64,000 bases of DNA, from the NCBI GenBank assembly GCA_963806955.1, contig CAWDZG010000002.1, positions 528,821 through 592,820 of the forward strand. Reading direction: 5' to 3'. The DNA comes from an uncultured Gaiellaceae bacterium. Its GTDB lineage: Bacteria; Actinomycetota; Thermoleophilia; Gaiellales; Gaiellaceae. The position numbers and the translations under genes were made by a program. The notes under the pieces were generated by a model. It had not been told where the DNA came from and searched no databases. It saw only the letters and a program-made list of their open reading frames with translations. Numbering within the stretch: position 1 is the stretch's first letter; each line of letters begins with the position of its first letter. Shown here one piece after another: positions 49,669-59,187 of the stretch.

Positions 49669-51734
49669 GTGAGCGTCCGCGTCGCGATCGACATCGGCGG
49701 CACGTTCACGGACGCGACGCTGATCGACGAGGAGAGCGGCAGCGTCGCGATCGCGAAGGTGCTGACGACACCCGCCGACCCGTCCGAGGGGTTCATGCAG
49801 GCGGTCGACCGCGCCCTCGCCGAAGGCGGCGTCCAGCCCGGCCAGGTCAGCTTCGTCGTCCACGCGACCACCGTCGCGACGAACGCGATCATCGAGGGCA
49901 AGGTCGCGCGCGGCGGCTTCGTCACCACCGAGGGCTTCCGCGACCTGCTCGAGATCGCGCGCCAGGTCCGCCCCACCCTCTACGACACGCTGTTCGAGAA
50001 GCCGCCGCCGCTCGTGCCGCGCGACCGCGCGACCGAGGTGCGGGAGCGGCTCGGGCCGAAGGGCGAGGTGCTCACGCCGCTCGACGACGACTCGGTTCGC
50101 GCCGCGGCTGCGGTGCTGCGCCGCGAGGAGGTCGAGTCGGTCGCCGTCTGCCTGCTCCACTCCTACGTCAACCCGGCGCACGAGCTCCGGATCGGCGAGA
50201 TCCTGGCCGAGGAGCTCCCGGGCGTGCCGATCTCGCTCTCGGCCGAGGTCGCGCCGGAGTTCCGCGAGTACCTGCGCGCATCGACGACGGTGATCAACGC
50301 CGCGATCCGGCCGGTCGTCGGGCGCTACCTGGAGGGGATCGAGCGGCGCCTCGCGGAGCGCCGGGATCGACGCCAAGCTGCTCGTGATGCAGTCGAGCGG
50401 CGGCGTCTTCAGCTCCGAGGCGGCGGCGCGCAAGCCGGTCTTCATGGTCGAGTCAGGGCCGGCCGCGGGCGTGATCGCCTCGGCCTACCTGGGCGAGACG
50501 CTCGGCCGGCCGGACATCCTCTCCTTCGACATGGGCGGCACGACCGCCAAGGTCGGGCTGATCCAGGGCGGGCAGCCGTCGGTGACCAAGGACTACACCG
50601 TCGGCGGCCATGCCGGCGCCGGGATCGGCGGCATGTCGCTCTCGGGCTACCCGGTGCGGACGCCGGTGGTCGACCTGGTCGAGATCGGCGCCGGCGGCGG
50701 CTCGATCGCCTGGATCGACTCCGGCGGGCTGCTGCGCGTCGGGCCACAGAGCGCGGGCGCCGACCCGGGGCCCGTCTGTTACCGCCGCGGCGGCACCGAG
50801 CCGACCGTCACCGACGCGAACGTCGTGCTCGGCCGGCTCAACCCGGCGTACTTCCTCGGCGGCGAGATGGGCCTCGACGTCGAGGGGGCACGGGCCGCGA
50901 TCGAGGAGCGGCTCGCGACGCCGCTCGGCCTCTCCGTCACCGAGGCGGCGAACGGGGTCGTCGAGATCGCGAACGCGGCGATGGTGAACGCCCTCCACCT
51001 GATCTCCGTCCAGCGCGGCTACGACCCGCGCGACTTCGTCCTGGTCGGCTTCGGCGGCGCCGGGCCCGTGCACGCGAACGCGCTCGCGCGCGACGCCGAG
51101 ATGCCGACGCTCGTGATCCCGCGCAGCCCCGGCATCTTCTCCGCGACCGGCCTGCTCACGACCGACCTGAAGCGCGACGCGGCGATCACGATCATGCGCC
51201 GGCTCGACGAGCTCGACCCCGCCGAGGCGGAGCGGACGTTCGCCGAGCTCGAGGCCGCCGGCCGCGCCGAGCTCGAGCAGGAGGGCCTCTCCGGGGCGGC
51301 GGTCGAGTTCGTCCGCCAGATCGACCTCCGCTACGTCGGCCAGAGCTACGAGCTGACGATCCCGGCCGGCGACGCCCTCGTCGAGCGCTTCCACGTCGAG
51401 CACGACCGGGTCTACGGATTCGCGGCACCGGCCGAGCCGGTCGAGGCGGTGAGCCTCCGCCTGACGAGCATCGGCCGGATCGTGAAGCCGCCGCCGCGGC
51501 CGCTCGAGCGCGGCGGCACAGCCGAGCCGAAGGAGCGGCGGCCCGTCTACTTCGCGGAGGCCGGCGACTACGTCGACTGCCCGATCTACGACCGCTACAC
51601 GCTGCCGGCGGGCGCGGCCCTCTCCGGGCCGGCGGTCGTGGAGGAGTTCGACTCGACCACCGTCGTCCACCCGGGCTTCACGCGTCTCGGTCGACGACCT
51701 CGGCAACCTCGTGATCGAAAGGGAGCAGGGATGA
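49669..51734 (+). pseudogene. hyuA: hydantoinase/oxoprolinase A (HyuA-type) subunit, copy 2, two frameshifts (near 50365 and 51678)
   Basis: VAIDIGGTFTDA in frame 49669. LVMQSSGGV...FDMGGTTAK...EIGAGGGSIAW in frame 50384. The tail SVDDLGNLVIEREQG ends at TGA 51732-51734 in the third frame, overlapping the next ATG. Confidence 0.75.
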
Positions 51735-53631
51735 GCTACGGCATCGTCGTCTCGAAGGACGTCATGGTCGAGATGCGGGACGGGATCCGCCTCGCGACCG
51801 ACGTCTACCGGCCCGCCCGGGACGGCGAGCTCGTCCCGGGGCGCTATCCGACGGTCGTCTGCATGACCCCGTACGACAAGACAGAGCGCCGCTACACCGA
51901 GATCGCCGACTTCTTCGTGCCGCGCGGCTACGCCGTCGTCCTCCAGGACCTGCGCGACCGGCACCGCTCGGAGGGGACGGACGAGTACTTCCACAGCGCG
52001 ACGCCGCACACGGGCGAGGACGGCTACGACACGATCGAGTGGATCGCCGCGCAGCCGTGGTCGAACGGCCGCACCGGCACGGTCGGCAGCTCGTACGCCG
52101 GGATCACCCAGGTCCGCACGGCGCTCGAGAGCCCGCCCCACCTGACCGCGATCTGGCCCGACGTCACGCCGACGAACATCTTCGAGAACCAGACGCGCGA
52201 GGGCGGCGCGATGCAGCTGCACATGTTCTGGGCGCTCTACATCCACGCCGCCGACGCGCAGGGCGTGAAGGACGACTGGCAGAAGCAGCGCGAGGTCTTC
52301 GAGGACCTGAAGAACCTGCGGCAGCTCTTCTGGCGCTCGCCGATCCTCGGCGACGACCTCGCTCTGCGCCACGTGCCGACGCTCGCGCAGACGCTCGACG
52401 ACTACTGCACGCGCGGCGCCTACGACGAGTTCTGGGCCACGAAGGAGAACGACTTCACCCGTTTCTGGGCCGAGCACGCCGACATCCCGGCGACGATGAC
52501 GACCGGCTGGTACGACCCGTTCCCGCACGCCGACAGCGAGTACTTCGCCGCGATGACGGCGAAGAACGAGTCGCCCCAGCGGCTGATCATCGGGCCCTGG
52601 AGCCACGTCGGCATGCGCGGCGACGCGAGCTGGACACTCGACGTCGACTTCGGCCCGACCTCGGTCTGGGGCGTGCAGCGCTACTTCGAGGAGCAGCTCG
52701 CGTTCTTCGAGCGCTGGCTCCCGGACGAGGCGACGGGCCAGCCGGCCGACGAGGCGCCGGTGCAGATCTTCGTGATGGGCGGCGGCAGCGGCCGCAGGAC
52801 GGAGCTCGGCAAGCTCGACCACGGCGGCGGCTGGCGCGACGAGCAGGAGTGGCCGCTCGCGCGCGCCGTCCCGACGACGCTGCATCTCCACTCCGACGGC
52901 GGCCTGCGCGCCGAGGCGCCCGCCGGCCGGCGCGGAGCCGCGCACGTTCACCTACGACCCCGACGACCCGGTGCCGACGATCGGTGGGCTCTTCTGCGCG
53001 GTCGGCGAGCTCCCGTCCGCCGACGGGGAGATCGAGCCGATGTGGGCCCGCCTCCTCAACCCGGCGCTCCTGCTCCGGAACATCATGACCCCGGGGCCCG
53101 CCGACCAGAAGGAGTCGGCCGAGTACTTCACCGCCCGCGAGCCGTACCAGCGGCTCTCCGAGCGGCAGGACGTGCTCGTCTACCAGACCGAGCCGCTCCC
53201 CGAGCCCGTCGAGGTGACGGGCCGGGTCGCCGTCGAGCTCTGGATCGCGTCGAGCGCCGTCGACACCGACTTCACGGCGAAGCTGATCGACGTCTACCCG
53301 CCGAACGAGGACTACCCCGAGGGCTACGACCTCCTCCTCAACGACACGATCGATCCGGACGCGCTACCGCGAGGGCTTCGACCGCGAGGTGCTGCTGGTG
53401 CCCGGCACGCCCTACCGGGTGACGATGCTGCTGCCGCCGACCTCGAACCTCTTCGCCGCGGGCCACCGGATCCGGATCGACGTCTCCTCGTCGAACTTCC
53501 CCCGGCTCGAGCGCAACCCGAACACCGGCGAGCCGATCGGCCGCCACACCCATCACGTCGTCGCGGAGCAGACGGTCTTCGCCGACGCCGAGCGCCCCTC
53601 GCACGTCGTCCTGCCCGTGATCCCGGCCTAG
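51731..53631 (+). pseudogene. CocE/NonD family (S15 X-Pro dipeptidyl-peptidase-like) alpha/beta hydrolase, two frameshifts (near 52935 and 53350)
   Basis: VEMRDGIRLATDVYRP, GYAVVLQDLRD and the nucleophile elbow GTVGSSYAG. The C-terminal beta-sandwich part (LLVPGTPYRVTMLLPPTSNLFAAGHRIRIDVSSSNFPR) is in a third frame. Confidence 0.7.
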
Positions 53632-53869
53632 ATGTCGTTCCTCGTCCCCTGTCCCAACTGCGGCGACCGCGACGTGAACGAGTTCGGCTACCGCGGCGAG
53701 GTGACGACGCGGCCGGTCGGAGCGGCCGACGCTCGCGGAGCTCTCGCGCTACGTCTACTCGCGCCGGAACGTCGCGGGCGTGCAGCGGGAGTGGTGGTGC
53801 CACCGGCACGGCTGCGGTCAGTGGTTCGTCGCCGAGCGCGACACGCAGACGAACGAGTTCGCCGGATGA
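53632..53869 (+). pseudogene. soxD: sarcosine oxidase delta subunit-like, one frameshift near 53712
   Basis: MSFLVPCPNCGDRDVNEFGYRGEVTTRP, then after a shift ERPTLAELSRYVYSRRNVAGVQREWWCHRHGCGQWFVAERDTQTNEF, giving a Cys3His zinc pattern. The TGA overlaps the soxA ATG (ATGA). Confidence 0.65.
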
Positions 53870-56415
53870 GGCTGGAGCGGCAACCGGGCGAGCTGCTCGA
53901 CCGCTCGCGCACGGTCTCCTTCCGCTTCGGCTCGCAGGAGATCCAGGCGTTCGCGGGCGACACGTTCGGCTCGGCCCTCTACGCGTCCGGACGCCGCGTC
54001 TTCTCGCGCAGCTTCAAGTACCACCGGCCGCGCGGGCTCCTCTGCTGCTCGGGCCACTGCGCCAACTGCATGATGACCGTCGACGGCGTCCCCAACGTCC
54101 GCGTTTGCGCCGAGCCCGTGCGCGAGGGCGCGGTCGTCGCCGGCCAGAACGCGCTCGGCTCAATCGACCGCGACCTCCTCTCCGTCGTCGACCGCGCCGG
54201 CGGCCCGTTCACGCCGGTCGGCTTCTACTACCGGACGATGATCCGGCCGCGACGCGCCTGGCCGCTGTACGAGAAGGCGCTGCGCTCGGTCGCCGGGCTC
54301 GGCCGCGTGCCGCCTGACGGCGGGCACCGCCGCTACGACCGGGAGCACCGCCGCGCGCGCGTGCTCGTGATCGGCGGCGGTCGCAGCGGCCGTGAGGCGG
54401 CGCTGACCGCCGCGGCGGAAGGCCCGGGCGTCGTGCTCGTGGACGAAAACCTGAGGCCGCTCGAGCTGCCCGGCGTCGAGGTGGTCGCGCCCGGACGGGC
54501 GCTCGCGATCTACGAGGGTGGCCTCGTGCCCGTCGACGCGGGCACGCTGCTGCTCCGCTACCGGGCCGAGCGGATCGTCGTCGCGACCGGCACCGTCGAG
54601 CAGCCGCTCGTCTTCCCCGGCAACGACCTCGTCGGCGTGCTCCTGCCGGGCGCGGTGCGTCGGCTCGTCGGCGACTGGTCGGTGAAGCCCGGCGAGCGGG
54701 CGGTCGTGATCGGCGGCGAGGGTGCCGTCGAGTCGCTCGTCCTCGCCGGCGTCGAGATCGCGGAGCTCGCCGACCCCGCCTCGGTCCGTTCGATCTCGGC
54801 GCGCGGCAGCAAGGGGCGCCTGCGCGAGGTCGAGCTCGACGGGAAGACGGTCGAGTGCGACCTCGCCGTCGTCTCGGGCGGCCGCCAGCCCGCCTACTCC
54901 CTGCTCGCCCAGGCCGGCGCCCGCGTCGAGTACGACGCGGTGCGCCGGGTCTTCGTCCCCCGCGACCTCCCGGCCGGGATCGACGCCGTCGGCTCGATCA
55001 CCGGCGGCGGCTCGACCGCGGCGCCGAGCTACCGCGGCAAGGACGCGAAGGGACGCTGCTTCGTCTGCGTCTGCGAGGACGTGACCGAGAAGGACGTCGA
55101 GCGCGCGATCCGCGAGGGCTTCGACTCGATCGAGCTCTCGAAGCGGTACACGACCGTGACGATGGGCCCCTGCCAGGGCAAGTACTGCCAGCTCCCGTCG
55201 ATCCGCCTGCACGCCGCCAAGACGGGCGTCGACGAGGCCGCGATCGGGACGACGACGGCGCGGCCGCCGTGGGCGCCCGTCGAGCTCGGCCTGCTCGCGG
55301 GCCGCCACCACGATCCGGTCCGCCGCAGCTCGCTGCACGAGCGGCACGAGCAGGCGGGCGCGAACTTCGTCTGGGCCGGAGCGTGGCAGCGGCCCCACTC
55401 CTACGGCGCCCCCGAGGAGGAGGTCGCCGCAGTGCACGCAGACCTGGGCGTGATCGACGTCTCCACGCTCGGCAAGCTGCTCGTCGAGGGCCCCGGCGCG
55501 GCGCCCTTCCTGGAGCGGCTCTACCCGAACCGCTTCGCCGACCTCGCCGAGGGCCGCGTCCGCTACACGGTGCTCGGCACCGACGGCGGCCGGATCATGG
55601 ACGACGGCACCGTCGCCCGGCTCGGCGCTGACCTCTTCTACGTGACGACGACCTCGACCGGCGCCGACGCCGTGCACGAGTGGTTCGAGTGGTGGAACGC
55701 CGTCTGGGGCTACGACGTCGACGTCGTCAACGTCACCGGCGCGCTCGCCGCGCTCAACCTCGCCGGGCCGCGGGCGCGCGAGGCGCTCGCCGGGCTGACG
55801 GGCGCGGACGTCTCCTCAGAGGCCTTCCGCTACCTCGACGCGAAGCAGATCGAGGTCGCGGGCGTGCGGGCGCTTGCGCTGCGGATCGGCTTCGTCGGCG
55901 AGCTCGGCTACGAGCTCCACTTCGCGAGCCCGGCCGGCGAGCACGTGTGGGACACGCTCGTCGCGGCGGGCGCGCGCCCCTTCGGGCTCGAGCCGCAGCG
56001 CGTGCTCCGGCTGGAGAAGCAGCACGTGATCGTCGGCCAGGACACCGACACGGAGTCGAACCTGCTCGGCGCCGGCATGTCCTGGCTGCCGAAGCTCGAC
56101 AAGGACGACTTCGTCGGCAAGTGGGCGCTCGAGCACATGGGCGGGCGCGACCTCCCCGAGCGCCTCGTCGGCTTCCGGATGGACGTGCTCCCGCTCGAGG
56201 GCGCGCAGGTCGTGCGCGGCGGCCGCCCGGTCGGCCGCGTGACGAGCGCGCGCGCCAGCGCTGCCGCGGGCGGCGTGATCGGCCTCGCCTGGGTGCCGCC
56301 CGACCTCGCGGTCGAGGACGCCGAGCTGCACGTCCAGGTGGACGGGGCGCCGCAGCCCGGACGCGTGCGGCTGAAGCCGTTCTACGACCCGGCGGGCGAG
56401 AGGATGCGCGCATGA
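53866..56415 (+). CDS. soxA: sarcosine oxidase alpha subunit-like (2Fe-2S-like N-terminus, FAD/NAD domain, C-terminal GcvT folate-binding domain)
   Basis: FKYHRPRGLLCCSGHCANCMMTVDG; VLVIGGGRSGREAAL; C-terminal aminomethyltransferase-like region (GVIDVSTLGKLLVEGP...GELGYELH...). No frameshift over 2.5 kb. Confidence 0.85.
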   Translation: MRLERQPGELLDRSRTVSFRFGSQEIQAFAGDTFGSALYASGRRVFSRSFKYHRPRGLLCCSGHCANCMMTVDGVPNVRVCAEPVREGAVVAGQNALGSIDRDLLSVVDRAGGPFTPVGFYYRTMIRPRRAWPLYEKALRSVAGLGRVPPDGGHRRYDREHRRARVLVIGGGRSGREAALTAAAEGPGVVLVDENLRPLELPGVEVVAPGRALAIYEGGLVPVDAGTLLLRYRAERIVVATGTVEQPLVFPGNDLVGVLLPGAVRRLVGDWSVKPGERAVVIGGEGAVESLVLAGVEIAELADPASVRSISARGSKGRLREVELDGKTVECDLAVVSGGRQPAYSLLAQAGARVEYDAVRRVFVPRDLPAGIDAVGSITGGGSTAAPSYRGKDAKGRCFVCVCEDVTEKDVERAIREGFDSIELSKRYTTVTMGPCQGKYCQLPSIRLHAAKTGVDEAAIGTTTARPPWAPVELGLLAGRHHDPVRRSSLHERHEQAGANFVWAGAWQRPHSYGAPEEEVAAVHADLGVIDVSTLGKLLVEGPGAAPFLERLYPNRFADLAEGRVRYTVLGTDGGRIMDDGTVARLGADLFYVTTTSTGADAVHEWFEWWNAVWGYDVDVVNVTGALAALNLAGPRAREALAGLTGADVSSEAFRYLDAKQIEVAGVRALALRIGFVGELGYELHFASPAGEHVWDTLVAAGARPFGLEPQRVLRLEKQHVIVGQDTDTESNLLGAGMSWLPKLDKDDFVGKWALEHMGGRDLPERLVGFRMDVLPLEGAQVVRGGRPVGRVTSARASAAAGGVIGLAWVPPDLAVEDAELHVQVDGAPQPGRVRLKPFYDPAGERMRA

Positions 56416-56816
56416 GCGCGCTCGCGTTCCTGTCCGCGGCCACGGAGGCGACCGGCGTCGTCGAGCTGCGCGGGGACGTGACCTCGTTCGCGGAGGGTCG
56501 GGTCCTGCAGCTGACGCCGCGCCGCGCCGTCGCGCTCTGCGACGACGCGCCCGCGCTCGTCGCCGAGGCCCGCGCCCAGGGCCTGCGCGCCTACGACCTC
56601 ACCGCCGCCTACGCCGAGCTGCGGATCGAGAGCGAGCCGCTGCTCCGCCGCCTGACCGAGGTCGCGGCCGACGCGCCCACGGCCGCGCCGGTCGCGGGCG
56701 ACGTCCCGGCGCTGATCTTCCCGCTCGGCGACGGCGCCTACGACCTCTACGTGCCGCAGGAGCTCGGGCGGTACGTGCGCGAGGTGGTCGACGACCTGCG
56801 GGCGGGGCTCGCGTGA
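56412..56816 (+). CDS. soxG: sarcosine oxidase gamma subunit-like (short)
   Basis: 134 aa. The call rests mainly on position between soxA and soxB with ATGA/GTGA overlaps and a weak family resemblance. It is shorter than the SoxG proteins I recall. Confidence 0.5.
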   Translation: MSALAFLSAATEATGVVELRGDVTSFAEGRVLQLTPRRAVALCDDAPALVAEARAQGLRAYDLTAAYAELRIESEPLLRRLTEVAADAPTAAPVAGDVPALIFPLGDGAYDLYVPQELGRYVREVVDDLRAGLA

Positions 56817-58028
56817 AGGACGTCTTCCGCGTCCGCCGCATGTGGCGCCCGCCCGGCGAGCTCAAGCCGCAGCTACGACGTCGTGATCGTCGGCGGCGGC
56901 TCGCACGGGCTCGCGACGGCGTACAACCTCGCCCGCCGGCACGGGATCACGAACGTCGCCGTGCTCGAGCAGTCGTACATCGGCTCGGGCGCGGCCGGCC
57001 GCAACACGACGATCATCCGCTCGAACTACCGCACGCCCGAGGGCGTCGCCTTCTACCAGCGGAGCGTCGAGCTGTACGAGCGGCTCTCGGCCGAGCTCGA
57101 CCTGAACCTGATGTTCTCGCAGCGCGGCCACCTGACGCTCGCCCACACCGAGCGCTCGCTGGCGACGATGCACGAGCGCGCCGAGGTGAACCGGCTGCTC
57201 GGCGTCGACTCGCGCGTGATCGACGTGGACGAGGTCGCGCGGCTCTGCCCCGAGCTCGACGTCTCGCAGCGCCCGGCCTATCCGGTGCTGGGCGCGCTCT
57301 ACCACCCGCGCGGCGGGATCATCCGCCACGACGCCGTCGTCTGGGGCTACGCGCGCGCCGCCGACCGCGCCGGCGTCGAGATCCATCCCAACACGACCGT
57401 GACGGGGATCGAGCGCGAGGGCGGCCGCGTCACCGGCGTCCGCACGAGCCGCGGCCTCGTCCGGGCGGGCACCGTGATCAGCGCCACCGCGGGCTGGTCG
57501 TCGCTCACGACCGGGCTCGCCGGGATCGAGCTGCCGATCACGACGCACATCCTGCAGGCGTTCGTGACCGAGCCGGTGAAGCCGTTCCTCGACACGATCC
57601 TCGTCTCGGCGCAGCTGCACGTGTACGTCTCGCAGACCGACCGGGGCGAGTTCCTGATCGGCTCCGAGATCGAGCCGTACACGACCTACAAGGGGATCGG
57701 CACGTTCCCGTTCCTCGAGACCTCCGCGCGGCACGCCCTCGCGCTGCTGCCGCAGCTCGAGCGGCTGAAGGTGCTGCGCACGTGGACGGGCCTCTGCGAC
57801 CTCTCGCCCGACTACAGCCCGATCCTCGGCGCGACCGAGCTGGAGGGCTTCCACGTCTCGGCCGGCTGGGGCACGTACGGCTTCAAGGCGGCGCCGATCG
57901 TCGGCGTGACGCTGGCCGAGCTCGTCGCGACCGGCCGCACGCCCGACCTGATCGCGCCCTTCTCGCTCGAGCGGTTCGCGAACGACCGTCCGGTGTCCGA
58001 GCTGGCCGCAGCGGCGGTGTCCCATTAG
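56813..58028 (+). pseudogene. soxB: sarcosine oxidase beta subunit-like FAD oxidoreductase, one frameshift near 56872
   Basis: VKDVFRVRRMWRPPGELKP in frame 56813, then YDVVIVGGGSHGLATAYNLA...GWGTYGFKAAP in frame 56883..58028. Confidence 0.8.
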
Positions 58029-58029
58029 C

Positions 58030-59187
58030 GCGCTCGAGTTCGTCCCCGTCCCGGCCGGCCCGTTCCCGTTCGGCGACGACCCGGCCCGCCTCTACCCGCC
58101 GGAGGAGGACGAGACGCCGCGCCGGGTCGTCCAGGTGGACGGCTTCCGCATCTCGCGCGTCCCCGTCACCGACGAGGACGGCGTGCCGCTGACCTACGTC
58201 TCGCGCGACGACGCCGAGGCGTACTGCGCCGAGCACGGCGTGCGCCTGCCGACCGAGGTCGAGTGGGAGGCGGCGGCCCGCGGCGGCGACGACCGGCTCT
58301 GGCCGTGGGGCGACGAGCCGCCCGACACGACGCGCGCCACCTACGACCGGGGCATCGGCGCGCCCGTCTCCGGCCGGGCTGCATCCCGCGGGCGCCGCGC
58401 CCTGCGGCGCGCTCGACCTGGCCGGGAACGTGTGGGAGTGGACGGCCGACGGCGCCGCGCGCGGCGGCTCGTACCTGAGCGGCCCCGGCGAGCTGCTCTG
58501 CACGGCGCGGCTGCCGGTGCATCCCGCGGCGCGCGACCCCTACGTCGGCTTCCGCGTCGTCGCCGTCGAGCCGACGCCGGAGCTTCGACTGGGTCGAGGT
58601 GCCCGCGGGCGAGTACGTGCTCGGCCGCGACCCGGGCGAGACCCGGCAGCGGCACGTCGACGTCGACGCCTTCGAGCTCGACCCGCACGCCGGTCACGAA
58701 CGCGCAGTACGAGCGCTTCGTCGCCGAGACCGGCGCGGCCGCGCCGCCGCACTGGCCCGCGCCGGGCGATCATCCGGTCGTGTTCGTCGACTGGCACGAC
58801 GCGTCCGCCTTCTGCGCCTGGGCGGGCGGGCGGCTGCCGACCGAGGCCGAGTGGGAGAAGGCGGCCCGCGGCACCGACGGGCGCACCTACCCGTGGGGCG
58901 ACGAGGAGGACGAGGGCCGCGCCGCGGTCGGGGCCGGGCTGAAGCGCGGCACGACGTCGCCGGTCGGCTCCCACCCGGACGGGGCGAGCCCCTACGGCCT
59001 GCTCGACCTGGCCGGGAACGTCTGGGAGTGGACATCCACGGAGTACCCGCCGGGCGAGCGCGTGCTCCGCGGCGGCTCGTTCGCGAGCCCGGGCCTCGCC
59101 TGGGCGCGCTGCACGATGCGCAGTCACAGCCGGCCGGGCCGGCGCCAAGCACACATCGGCTTTCGGGTCGCGAAAGGAGTGGAATGA
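58030..59187 (+). pseudogene. tandem FGE-sulfatase (SUMF1/EgtB-C-like) domain gene, at least three frameshifts and no in-frame start
   Basis: Two copies of the domain: [13 protein letters not shown]...[21 protein letters not shown]...GFRVV and [12 protein letters not shown]...[12 protein letters not shown]...[16 protein letters not shown]...RGGSF...GFRVA. Frames change near 58375, 58578 and 58688. Confidence 0.6.

Larger units (their letters stand above)
49571..49672 (+). other. possible coupling mini-ORF (33 aa from GTG 49571, or 10 aa from GTG 49640) bridging hyuB3 and hyuA2
   Basis: The frame is open from GTG 49571 (GTGA with the hyuB3 stop) to TGA 49670-49672 (GTGA with the hyuA2 start) and encodes VKLVTDRHKLPFEHATMREGGALVTDRHKRSSA. 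Codon third positions are A/T-rich, unlike real genes here, so coding status is doubtful. Confidence 0.3.
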
